Source: Ginkgo biloba
Lineage: Eukaryota; Plantae; Ginkgophyta
Direction: 5' to 3'
Length of the DNA: 26,023 nucleotides
Assembly: GCA_024626585.2 (NCBI GenBank)
Contig: JANKJI020000002.1
Coordinates: 241,531,697-241,557,719, forward strand
The notes under the pieces: model-generated
The model's database searches: none
What the model saw: only the letters and a program-made list of their open reading frames with translations
What the model was told of the DNA's origin: nothing
Position numbers and translations under genes: made by a program
Shown here: piece after piece, positions 1 through 10,705 of the stretch
How the letters are laid out: every line of letters begins with the position of its first letter
How positions within the stretch are numbered: position 1 is the first letter of the stretch

Positions 1-1776
1 ATAGTGAGTACTCATACAAATAGATATTTAGTGATGTTAATATATCGAGAGAAAAAAAAAATTTATGTTAATTTACAGGGTTCAATAAAAAGTATTGTTT
101 GACTAGGATCAACTTGTAGTAAAGCCTTCAACCACTCACTATTGACCATGGGGACTACATATATGGGCTTACTAATGCAAACAACCAAACCTCCATCATA
201 GAACATGCTAACTGTTAGTGCCTAACAACTATTACCGATCCTGTAGACTCCACCCCACAACCCTGCATTAGCAAGGGTGTGAGGTGTAGGTCTGTTTCAA
301 CCCTTCTTTGGCTTTCATTACTTGAAAAGTTATAGTATGAACCCCTAGTGGTTGTTATTTAATTATATTAATTTCTTGGTATCATAAATCCCTTAGAGCT
401 ACAACAACAAACGTTAGACTAGAAATCTACTAGTTATCCCTATGGTTGCAACACCAGAGCATAATCCCTATAGCTACAACAACAAAGAATAATCCCTACA
501 ACTGCACCAATAGACTGTAGCCTACAATTGCACCAATAGACTTTAAACCCATGGCTACAACAATAGATTATAGAAAGCTATAGCAAGAGGCTAAACATGG
601 GAAATAACCAGGCCCTCTTAAGGTAACCAAAAACCCTATTGTTAGTTGCCCAAAAATGTGCATGCTAGGGGTAAAATATAGCCTCATACAAAGGCACCCT
701 TGGTCAAGGGTTCCAATCCCCTAGTAGGTCTCTGGCTAAAGCCAATACTATCCTAAATAAAGTTGCTAGGGTTTTCTATAGTACAAGTAGGGTTGAATTA
801 AAAAAAATTAGAGTAGAGTTGCATATTGCATTAATTACACATAATAGAACCATTTATAGCCATAAATGCAATGAACAAACCCCATGACTAGGAGCACCCT
901 ATTTAGGAAAGAATAAATCCCCAAAACTAGGTTTTATAACCATGAATTACATATGCATAAACTGGAAATGATAATTATGTGTAAAAATTGTAGAAATATT
1001 CCATTAATTTATGGTAGTAGAAATTACTATAGAGTTAAGGTTGCAAAAGTAAGCATTTTCCAGATAAAAGTTCTTGCTGATGCTACCAAATACCTCTGTG
1101 GATGAAAGTGTCCTGTTTCGATAGCCTCAAGTCCAACGACTTGCTTATAGGAGTCAAATTTGTAGAAATATATAGCTACAAATGAGTCGCTACCCTACCC
1201 GAATGCCTATGTTGCCTTTCTGTATGAAAGGCTCCTCTAGACTACAAAAACCCTCTACTGAGGTCGCTTAGGTGTGAGGACAAGATTTGAACACATGGAT
1301 GTGCAAGAAGAACCCAAAATCGCACTCTAACTAAATGTGCCCAGCTTCGACAGTAAGCCAAAAAAACAATTAAGAAGGAGAGTGACTTCTCTAGTCAACT
1401 AAAAACATGCCATAATGCTAAAACTAAGAGCAAAGTGAGGGGCCTTCCTTAGAGAAGAAAAATGATGTTCTAAGAGTTGTCTAAGCCCATAGCAGTCTTT
1501 ATATATGCCAAAAGGACTAGACACTATCCCCCATAAAAGGGATGGACTTGACCTTAGAGCTGACCCCAATGCTCCAAGAGCCTTTTGTGGCTCCAAGTTG
1601 ACACTTGTCACTCTTTGGAAGGAGGTGCCCTTTGTTGGAGCACTTTCTCTCTCCTCACTACTTTCTATCACGAACTAACAAATATCTACAAAGGACATGA
1701 ACTGGCCTCTAACGAAAACTTGTCCTTTTTCACCATCGTTGAAATAAGAAAAACATGGCTTTTCTGGCTTATAACA
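1..1776 (-). mobile_element. Long LTR (>=1.7 kb, left end not identified) abutting and truncating a Gypsy integrase
   Basis: Ends in ...CTGGCTTATAACA at 1776 (TGTTA start on -). Bases ~1150-1776 align by eye with 9289-9906, which ends ...CTAGGCTGTAACA. Non-coding, with a TATA-like TTTATATATG near 1498-1507. Confidence 0.65.
387..575. repeat. Degenerate ~26-28 bp tandem repeat (about 6 units) inside the LTR
   Basis: Units such as ATCCCTATGGTTGCAACACCAGAGCATA, ATCCCTATAGCTACAACAACAAAGAATA, ATCCCTACAACTGCACCAATAGACTG and TAGCCTACAATTGCACCAATAGACTT. Confidence 0.7.
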
Positions 1777-1799
1777 GATTTCAAGGGTTTTGTGTCATA

Positions 1800-3199
1800 T
1801 CTGGGACTATGAAATCATCCAAACCTAGTCTAATAACAATGTTCATTGTTGAAATTCAACTAAGTGCCCAAAGCTCTAAACAAATCTATTCAAACATGGG
1901 TAGTGAACTTGATGTCACGATCACTCACTATGCTCTATGGTATCCCATATTTCGTGAAGACTTCTACTGCCAATAAAACAACAATATCCTTTCCCTTATG
2001 TGTCATCTACAAGGGATAAATCTAGCCATCTTCGTGAGTTGATCCACCACAACCAAAATTTGATCATGTTGCTATTGTGTCCTTTGTAGGGAGCTCACAA
2101 TAGGTAAAGGTATCAACAATCCTAAAGGATGCTCTCTTTCTCCCTTGTTTGCTTTACACAGTTCTTGGGTCTTCCCATAATTTGCTATTTCTTTCTTAAT
2201 ATTTTTCCAATAGACATACTTCCTGGTGTCTTCATAGGTGTTGTCCCTACCGACATGGCGAGAAAATGGGTTTTAATGCAACTCATACATGATCTTATAC
2301 TTTAATTGGGCAGTTCTATCACCACCATCTTGTCATTATACTAGAAAGTTCATTTTGTACTTTTGTATTTTGCATATGCTCATTGACAATTATAGCTTGC
2401 TTCTTCTCTTGGCACCATTTATCATGCTTTTGTGCTTCATGGATCTTTCCTCCCAAAGACCCATGCACAAGAGAAATATTGTTAGCTTGTGGCATCCTTG
2501 ATAAATCATCTCCCTCGATATTCTCCTTTCCAACTTTGTACATCAACTTGGGCCAAACCTCCTTAAAATCATTGCCCATATGTACTATCTAGATCCCAAC
2601 TCAACTTTGGGAGGGAAAGATAACAAAGCCTTATGGTCAGTCACTACTTTAAATTCATTAATCTTTAGGTAATGCTTCCAAATCTTAATAGTATGAATAA
2701 GGGCCATTGACACTTAGTCACAAATAGGGTGCCTTTGTTCAACTACATTGATTTTACAACTCTCATAAGCCACCACCTTACCAACTTGAGTCAACATAGT
2801 CCCAATGGCCACTCCACTAGTGTTGGATGTAGATGGTAAAAGTTCTAGACACAACTAGTAGCATCAAAATTGGTGCCTTTCCAACTTTTTCTTAAGAAGA
2901 TCAAAGCTAGCTTGGCACTTATTTGTTCCCTTGAATCTCTTAGGCCTCTTCAACAACTCATTCAAAGGTGCTACTAACTTGGAGAATTTCAATGAAAATC
3001 TTTGATAAAAAATGTCGAGGAAAACGAAGTTGCTTACTGCATGCAAGCTCATAGGAGTTCTCCACTCACAAGCCACCTTAATTTTCTTGGGATCAACTGA
3101 AATGTTCTCTTCTAAGACAATGTGACCATGGCACTTGAACTTCTCTTGAAAGAAGTCATATTTGGAAGGCTTAGCATAAAGCTTCTCCCTCCTTAGGAC
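1800..3199 (-). pseudogene. Degenerate Ty3/Gypsy pol: RT C-terminus, RNase H, integrase zinc finger and partial core
   Basis: - strand translation gives LYAKPSK..GHIV..VDPKKI, FYQRFSLKFSKLVAPLNELLK (RT/connection), SGVAIGTMLTQ..VAYES..IWKHYL..VVTDHKAL (RNase H), YKVGKEN..DDLSR, HPLGLLIPLPI, HDQILVVVDQLTKMARFIP and GIP*SIVSDRDIKFT (integrase). The RT-RH-INT order is Gypsy. Many stops and frameshifts. Confidence 0.93.
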
Positions 3200-3299
3200 N
3201 NNNNNNNNNNNNNNNNNNNNNNNNNNNNNNNNNNNNNNNNNNNNNNNNNNNNNNNNNNNNNNNNNNNNNNNNNNNNNNNNNNNNNNNNNNNNNNNNNNN

Positions 3300-3735
3300 G
3301 ATAAATAGGGAAAACAAAACGTTTATTAATATGTTTCTGCTATGTACAAGGCTCTTGTATATCTACTATTCTTATGATGATCTATAGCCTAAGGTGGGCT
3401 TATAACTTATAAGAGTTCAAATGTTACAATACAAAAGAGGGCGCATATTCATTTGAAGGGGTGCGCCTCATCCTAATAACTAGTCTCTTCACAATTTGTT
3501 TAATCATTTGTTAATAACAGCAAACAAGTCAGTAACGAATGATTCATGCTTCCCAACGAATGAGTAGAGGATTGTTGCTGAATGAGTAGTGGACAATTGA
3601 CAAACGAGTAATAGCCACCGACAAATGAACAATGGATGGTTGACGAACGAGGAACAATTTGCCGGCAAACGATCAACAGTTCAACAAATGTCTCCCTACT
3701 AAAATTTGCTAAGGGTCAAAAATCCTCTGTCAACA
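3300..3735 (-). mobile_element. LTR fragment (3' LTR of extra-ORF element copy A)
   Basis: Ends TGTCAACA at 3735 followed by TCTTGCCCGAAACAATT. This parallels TGTCAAACA-TCTCCATGGACACAATT at 5471-5496. Contains internal short repeats. Confidence 0.5.
3530..3690. repeat. Degenerate ~21-22 bp tandem repeats with an (A)ACGAATGAGTA core
   Basis: Recurrent AACGAATGA, CTGAATGAGTAG, ACAAACGAGTAA, ACAAATGAACAA and ACGAACGAGGAA at regular spacing. Confidence 0.55.
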
Positions 3736-4700
3736 TCTTGCCCGAAACAATTTCTTTGAACATCCTCATTCAAGATTCTTAAAACAACGGTTGCATCTCT
3801 CTGCCCCCTGAAAAATTTTCCTCCTTAGTGAACTTGGGTACTTGAATCTTATTTTTTCATAGTAACTCCAACTTTTCTATCTTCCATTCTGCAAATTGTA
3901 GTTCTTCCCCTAAGATTGCCACCTGCTTCTTTCATTGCCTTCATAATTTTATCCTTAGGCTCGACTGCTTCAGCTTTGAGGTCGAAGATATATTTGCATT
4001 CCCTGTTGCATTTTAAAATCCACGTGCTAAGTTTTGGATTGATACCTTCTAAGCCTTTAGGTATTTGTTTATTGAAATTCTTTATAAACTATTTGTACTC
4101 AACATNNNNNNNNNNNNNNNNNNNNNNNNNNNCATACATCATAGAATTTCTAGATAAACCAGAATTTTTATTCAACTTCAAATGCCTGCTCCTTGGTCTT
4201 CTTGGTTTCGGAAGACTCACTGTGTGTTGGGTCCTTAATTTTTTTGACTAAGTCACCAACACCTTGATCACATTTACTGTGCATGTAGGTCCCCATTGCT
4301 CGTGATTAAATACTTCACAATCCTTCTTCAAATATCTTCTAGCAATCCTAATAGTCCAAGTGAATAAGACTATTAGGAATTAGCGCAGACCACGTTAATA
4401 ACTTGACANNNNNNNNNNNNNNNNNNNNNNNNNNNNNNNNNNNNNNNNNNNNNNNNNNNNNNNNNNNNNNNNNNNNNNNNNCTTGGACAACCTCCTTCCC
4501 TTTCCGTCACTTTTCTTTTTCTGTGTCGGCTTCTCTAATTGGTCGTGACCCCTCTCCCTGGCCATGGGGAGGGTCTGCCATCGAGTGTTCCTTTTGCGTC
4601 TTCATTATTGCTGAACCATCTCCACACTATGTTTTCAAAAACTGGCTACTAAATTTAATTGTTCCACTATTATCGTTACCTATTCATCGGTGATAATCCC
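3736..4700 (-). pseudogene. Retroelement extra-ORF remnant, copy A (C-terminal part)
   Basis: 4355-4408 and 4482-4700 are clearly homologous to 6144-6198 and 6293-6510. For example CTAAATTTAATTGTTCCAC.ATTATCGTTACCTA and GTGATAATCCC occur in both. Confidence 0.65.
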
Positions 4701-4800
4701 NNNNNNNNNNNNNNNNNNNNNNNNNNNNNNNNNNNNNNNNNNNNNNNNNNNNNNNNNNNNNNNNNNNNNNNNNNNNNNNNNNNNNNNNNNNNNNNNNNNN

Positions 4801-5479
4801 GTTTAATGTGAAAAAGGGTTATAGTAATAGGGCCATCAAGGCAGTAGTGACAATCTTGTAAGAGAAAAGAATATTGGTCTTGATGCTCTCACCAACAAGA
4901 CTGCATTTTGATGTCTTGGGAGCTATTCACTAGCAAATGGAATGGATTGAAGCAATCAAATACAAGCATACGTTGAAGAATAGAAATATACTAAAGCATA
5001 GCAAAATACTTATGTATTGAATAGCCAATTACATTAATAGACAATTAGAGTACATGAATGCTTGATACATGGATCGATTGATGCCTATCATTGCTTCTAG
5101 GGCTTACATTTAGAGCCTTTAGAATGCCTTTTCATACAATTTCCTTTTATTCCTAACTATCATTGTCATTAATTAAGTTCTCTAATGGTTTATAAGAATC
5201 CANNNNNNNNNNNNNNNNNNNNNNNNNNNNNNNNNTTACAATAGTAACAATTGCGATTAGATTAGTCATTCATTTAGAATTGATGACTATTCGCTTGACT
5301 GAGATGATCAATAACATCATTTCTTACGATTGGAGACAGTTGTTTTGATGTAATCGAGTACTATCTATCGACCTTGCAATTAGATGTTACTTATGAGACA
5401 ATTGACTTCTAGGGATTACAACTAGACATTATTTCTACTATGATCGAACTCCAACTTGGGTTCAAAGTTTTGTCAAACA
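4801..5479 (-). mobile_element. LTR fragment (3' LTR of extra-ORF element copy B)
   Basis: Non-coding, ends TGTCAAACA at 5479 with the same flanking motif as copy A, and lies directly 3' of the - strand ORF remnant. Confidence 0.45.
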
Positions 5480-7330
5480 TCTCCATGGACACAATTGTTG
5501 AAAGTCCTTGTTCATACAAAAAATTTCAAAATTCAATCTCCCTTGTAGCCTTGAAAATTTTTCATTTCTTTTTTTTTCTAACAAATTTTTTGAATTTGGG
5601 TATTGCAACATTGTTTTTTNNNNNNNNNNCTCCAGGATACCACTTTTTTCTGTGTAAAGCAACTCTTCATGTAGATCTAACAATTGCTCTTATGCTCCTT
5701 CCAATTTCTTCATTATGTTTAATGCTTTATTTGTGGCTTTAATGGCTTGCAGCTTGTCATTGAATAACTTCATGCATTTTCTATCACACTTGATGATCCA
5801 TGTTTCGAATTTGGGAATATTCCTTCTAATCTCAGAGGGATTTCCTTTTTAAAGTTGCTCATAAAATGTTGAAAAGCATATTCTTCTAGAGCAACATCAA
5901 CCAACCATATATTATAGAGGTCTTTAATAAACTTGATTTTTAATTGGGCCATATGGGCCTGCTCTCGAGCTTCCTTTGTGTCTTGGTTTACTCCCCAAAT
6001 GGTGTCCTTTGGCTTCCTTAGCAAATCATGAACTAGGATTCAAACAATGTTAATTGTGAAGGTAGGTCTTGAATCTTTGTGATTGTGCAACTCATAATCC
6101 TTTTTATCTAATCCTTCTTCAAATATCTTCCAGCGATCTTGATAGTCTAAATGAATATGACTATCAGGAATCATCTCCGGCCACGTTAATATCTTGACTT
6201 CTTCTCGTCTCTCTTGGATGATTCTGATGCTTGTTGATTCCCCCTTGGCACTTGGTGTTTTTGTGGTGTCAATTGAATTATTCCCATTTCTACTTGGACA
6301 ACTTTCTTCCATTTCCTTCTCTTTTCTCTTCTGGGCTGGCTTCTCCAACTGTTCGTGGTTCCTCCCTTGGCCATGTGGTGGGTCCGTCACCGAGCGTTCC
6401 TTTTGTTTCTTCACTATTGCTAAACTATCTCCACACTTTGTTTTGAACAAACTAACAGCTAAATTTAATTGTTCCACCATTATCGTTACCTACTCACTAG
6501 TGATAATCCCTCGTCCATCCACTTTGCACCAAGTTGCCATGCACGGAATTGCCAGTACCTCATGCGGAATTGGAAATTGGACCGATTGAAACCTGTTTAG
6601 TACTAGAGCAATGAATATTGAAGGCATAAAGGAGGCTTGTCTTGTATCTTCACCAATGTTAATTAACATTCTCTATAAGCACAGTTTTATGTAGCCACAC
6701 TAGTTGAAATGCTTCTATGACGCGGCTTTGGATATTGATATGATTAAGTGCATTGGAAAATACGCATAACGTTATAATCCAAATAGTTTGATGGCCATGA
6801 ATTTTGCAATCCACCTAAGCCCCTCAAGTAAAATCCCTGATATGGAGAAATCCTTGGATGTTTTGTAGAATTCCCTTGCAACTTGTTCTTGATTTGACCT
6901 CATTCCCTTGAGAACATTAGGAGCATCAAATGGCAACTTGGTAACTTCATGAACCATCTCATCTGATATCTATAATATTTTTGTGTTTGGCAGTGACGAC
7001 ATGTGCTTCTATGAAGCTATGATCCTCATAGAACAGTCTTGGAAGAAGGAAGTTCTCTCTAAGCCCCACATTCTCTAGGGTGGTGTAATAAGTATGATCA
7101 GTCGTCATTGCTCCCAATTCTTCTCACATTTTTGGTTCATCGAATTCCCTGATTTCGATCTTTGTTGGCTCGATGGGTGTGTTATCCAAGCTATGATGTT
7201 TTCCCATTCTTAACTAAAAATTTTCTTGGCCCCGTCTTTGTGCAACAACCTTGAGCTCTATTCCATTGGTCTTGCTTGTCCATTTGTTTGCTATGCAACC
7301 TGTTCCAGAGAGAAGTTGACGCATTTGGCC
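5480..7330 (-). pseudogene. Retroelement extra ORF (ORF2-like, plant transposon protein type), copy B, disrupted
   Basis: Collinear - strand ORF pieces 6772-6957, 6040-6480, 5770-6024 and 5462-5683. The ISDEMVHEVTKLP motif resembles the I(S/T)..I.EVTGLP motif of plant LTR-element accessory ORFs. Charged C-terminal half. Adjacent to an LTR. Confidence 0.55.
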
Positions 7331-7483
7331 ACCGTTAGTTGGATCCATCAATGTTCGACATGGTCTTATTTACTTTTCACTTCTGGACACATTCATTCAT
7401 AATGGCATGTCTTTTCATTTAGTATGATTAATGACGTGTTTCATTTGTTGCATCGTTTTGTTCATTTGTTTACACTTAGTCAC

Positions 7484-8037
7484 TGTTAAGCATGTTATTG
7501 CCTAACATGGGTACAGGTTTAGTTCCTACTCTAACTACAGATATAAGCCATTCATATCATACTCATTCGCATAGAACACTATACACAAGATGCGGAAAAT
7601 CGTCCAATCCTTATATTTATTAGAAGTGTACAAGTATAATTGTTATAAGACATGTATTACAATCACATGGTGTTGTCAACTACCTCTATCCCATCAGCCT
7701 TCTGCTTATTTATACAAAGCACATATGGTTAAGATAACCGTTGCGAAAGTTACTTTCCACTAACAGTGTGAATGACTTGTGTCGGTGAAGATCCTGTCAG
7801 TTGATGTCGGGCATCTTCATCAGCGTCAATGAGAGCTACTCTAACATTCATCAATGGGGCGACTCATGTCGGCATAGGATCCAAGGTCACTCTATCCTCC
7901 ATTGGCGTTGTCTCATGTCGGTGTTGGTGGTGAGTACGTATCGATGTCTGCCAAGATAACTCCAACATTCGTCGGCGAACCAACTCCTATCAATGTCGTT
8001 TAAGAAAACTTTTGACATTCGTTGGTGAGCCAAGTCC
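7484..8037. mobile_element. LTR-like fragment with repeated TGTCGG motifs
   Basis: Starts TGTTAAG, has CTTATTTATAC (TATA-like on -) near 7706-7716 and multiple (CA)TGTCGG motifs at 7780-7975. No coding motif. Confidence 0.4.
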
Positions 8038-8095
8038 NNNNNNNNNNNNNNNNNNNNNNNNNNNNNNNNNNNNNNNNNNNNNNNNNNNNNNNNNN

Positions 8096-8800
8096 CAGCA
8101 TATTGAACTGCGTTGTCTAGGGTGGTCACATCAAGCAATTCAAACTCTTATTGTAGATACAGAAAGGGTCCACCGACAAACTTGAGCAATTGTGTCTCAA
8201 CATCATCGGTAAGAGCTAACATGATGGACATCTTATGGAAGGCATCTATGTACTAATGCACAAACTATCCAGGTTGTTATCTTAAATGGAGCCACTTCTT
8301 TTTCAAGTCGGTTGAGTATCCCGGAGGATAGAAGATGGATTTGATAACTGTTTTGAAATCATCATACTGGGTGATGGCAGGTTGTTGGACAATTGCTCAG
8401 GTTTGAACATGAGTCTACCACCAAAACTATGCTTGTTCTGACATGTGTACAACAGCCAAAGTGATTCGTTGCGCTTGTGTAAGGTGCAGTTGGCAGGTGA
8501 AGTAGGCCTCTAAGGCCCTAATCCAACTATCCAAACCCACGGGGTTGATTGACCCGTCAAACTATAGAATGGAAATCTTTGTCTCAAATTTCAAGGTTGG
8601 TTGAAGCGGAAAAACCTACTAAATGTTGGCACTTGAAAGGGTACCCTATTGTTTACCCAATTGTTGGAGTTGAGTGATAAGATTGGTCATGTCCAACTGT
8701 GTCTGAGCCAACTGTTTCTGAAAATCCATTTGTTGTTGCATTTGGTATTGTTGGAAGGCATGTTGGGTTTGTTGGGACTGTCTGACCATATTAGTGACCA
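8096..8800 (-). pseudogene. Degenerate Ty3/Gypsy gag
   Basis: - strand translation: FDGSINPVGLDSWIRALEAYF..QRITLAVVHMSEQA*FWW..YDDFKTVIKSIFYPPGY..KKWLHLR*QPG..Y..AF, a retrotransposon gag capsid pattern with in-frame stops. Confidence 0.85.
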
Positions 8801-9021
8801 TGGACATCATGTCTGAGGTGGCACAACGTTGCTCTCTGAGTTCTTCCGCTAGTAAGGAGAGGGTGTCTGAAGAGATCGAGGTCTCGAAAGACTACTCAAT
8901 CTATGGTGACTTTGCCTTCGGCATGATGTCTGTACTAACTGAACTGGGTGTACGTGGTCAAGGGTTCGCTACGAGGCTTCCTAGGTGGTTGGACAGGTTA
9001 AAGAAGTTGTAAACACATCAA

Positions 9022-9033
9022 TCTTTGATACCA
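9022..9033 (-). promoter_or_regulatory. Primer-binding site complementary to tRNA-iMet 3' end
   Basis: The - strand reads TGGTATCAAAGA (canonical TGGTATCAGAGC), 2 nt from the LTR terminus (TGATGTG at 9036) and upstream of gag. Confidence 0.8.
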
Positions 9034-9035
9034 AT

Positions 9036-9188
9036 TGATGTGTTATCACATCAATAAACACCTAATTTAATAGGATTCGAATCCGTTGGGTAAGAGAGAT
9101 GCAAAGAGGCAAACCAGGTGCTCAGTAAGTGCAAAACCCTAATGAGAGAAAACCAACTCAATTACTTTCATTAGAAAGGGAACTCACT
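9036..9188 (-). mobile_element. 3' end of the 5' LTR of the gag-bearing element (runs into a gap)
   Basis: TG terminus adjacent to the PBS. Confidence 0.7.
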
Positions 9189-9288
9189 NNNNNNNNNNNN
9201 NNNNNNNNNNNNNNNNNNNNNNNNNNNNNNNNNNNNNNNNNNNNNNNNNNNNNNNNNNNNNNNNNNNNNNNNNNNNNNNNNNNNNNNN

Positions 9289-9906
9289 AGCCAAAAGATG
9301 TAGAAATTCTACCAAAAATGACTCACTATCCTAAAAAAAATGACACCTTTATAGCTCACCAACTCTGAGAAAATGATCTGAAGGAGACGCCTTGCTCTAA
9401 GGAATAAGATATGCAGAAAGGATTTAGAACTATGTTGTAAATTGAAGATACCCAACTCCAATAACAAGCATAAAATCAACATAGAAGACCAATAACTTCT
9501 ATGGTTATCCAGAATCATAGCAAAAAAAGTGTGTGAGAGAGAGAGAAGAGGTTCCTTGCTTAGAGAAGAAAAATAATGATAATAGAGCTATTAAATTCCT
9601 AGCAACCTCCATATATATAAGAATAACTAGGTGCAATCTCCCATATAAGGGTTGGACCTGTCCTTAGAAGTGCCCCATGCTCCAAGAAGCCTTTTGTGGT
9701 GTTAAGCTAACAAATGTCACTTTGTAACTTGAGGTGTCCAATGTTGGAGCACCTCCAAGGCCTTTCTCTTTGCCTTCTTTTCTCTCCTCACCACTTTCTC
9801 TAGGGAACCCCTCAATTGCTGAAAACATGTGTCGACTTCTAAGGAAAACGTGTCATTTTTCACATTTTCGAAGATAAAATTAACTTTCCTTTTCTAGGCT
9901 GTAACA
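9289..9906 (-). mobile_element. LTR fragment, same family as 1-1776
   Basis: Shared blocks with 1150-1776: TGTAGAAAT, CTTAGAGAAGAAAAAT, ATGCTCCAAGA(A)GCCTTTTGTGG, TGTTGGAGCAC, TCTCTCCTCAC and terminal TAACA. Confidence 0.75.
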
Positions 9907-10632
9907 CTTGCATTATAAACAATCTTTAAACTTGTAACAATCATAATAAGATAGATAGATATATGCATATGCATCCATACAATGATATTGATCTATTTTC
10001 CAGTGGAGAAGTGAAAAATTCTCTAATGGCACCTACAACAAAAATCTTAATTTTATTTCTTTGTTTGTAAGATTTCAGGTGGTCCTATCACTTGAACTAA
10101 TAACATTCAAGAACTAAAGAATTCAAACACCACATGAAATTATTACATAGAGACAAGATCATTTTTAATTAGAGAAAACTCTCTTGGGGTAGAAAAAATC
10201 AAAATTATATTAAATGAAATCAATAGTCTTACAACAAGTGCATCAACTTTGGTGTTTACTATTTCTATTTTTGAGATGCATCCCAACAAATTCTTACATA
10301 GGTGTTGGTTTTCTCCTGTTATTTAAATAGCTTCTATTTTTCTCTCTGAATCAATGTATAATTCATTAGATTCCACTAGAAACCCATATGATTGGGAGTA
10401 AACCCTTATTTATCTTTTCTTATCTTTTATTTCTCCTTACTCAACCTTGTTATTCTCCTTTCTAGTTACCATAACTTCCTAGGAAGTTGAAATGGATTTT
10501 GACAACTATTCTCTTGCCTTTGGTCATTTGTGGGGTCCTCTCTCAAAAAAGACACATGTCAAGTGCATTCTCCTTACAACTCTTAAAGTCCCAAACTCCC
10601 AAAAAAATTCACAAAACCTTTATTTCACTTCA

Positions 10633-10705
10633 GTCTTAGAGACTTCATCTATCATTGGCTTGTCTTTGAGACTTTGTCTATCATCGGCTTGTCTTTAAGA
10701 CTTTG
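10633..10705. repeat. 29-bp tandem repeat (2.5 units visible, runs into a gap)
   Basis: GTCTTAGAGACTTCATCTATCATTGGCTT / GTCTTTGAGACTTTGTCTATCATCGGCTT / GTCTTTAAGACTTTG. Confidence 0.8.

Noticed and set aside
387-575. CRISPR-like array
   Set aside because: Degenerate contiguous tandem units with no unique spacers, no cas genes and a eukaryotic TE context. The same applies to 3530-3690, 10633-10705 and 17630-17776.
6194-6589. Hydrophobic + strand ORFs (also 3916-4251, 5440-5742, 2289-2592) as membrane proteins
   Set aside because: They are antisense shadows of purine-rich - strand retroelement coding sequence.
8794-9012. + strand 72-aa ORF
   Set aside because: It is antisense to the leader and gag N-terminus of the Gypsy element, with no independent support.
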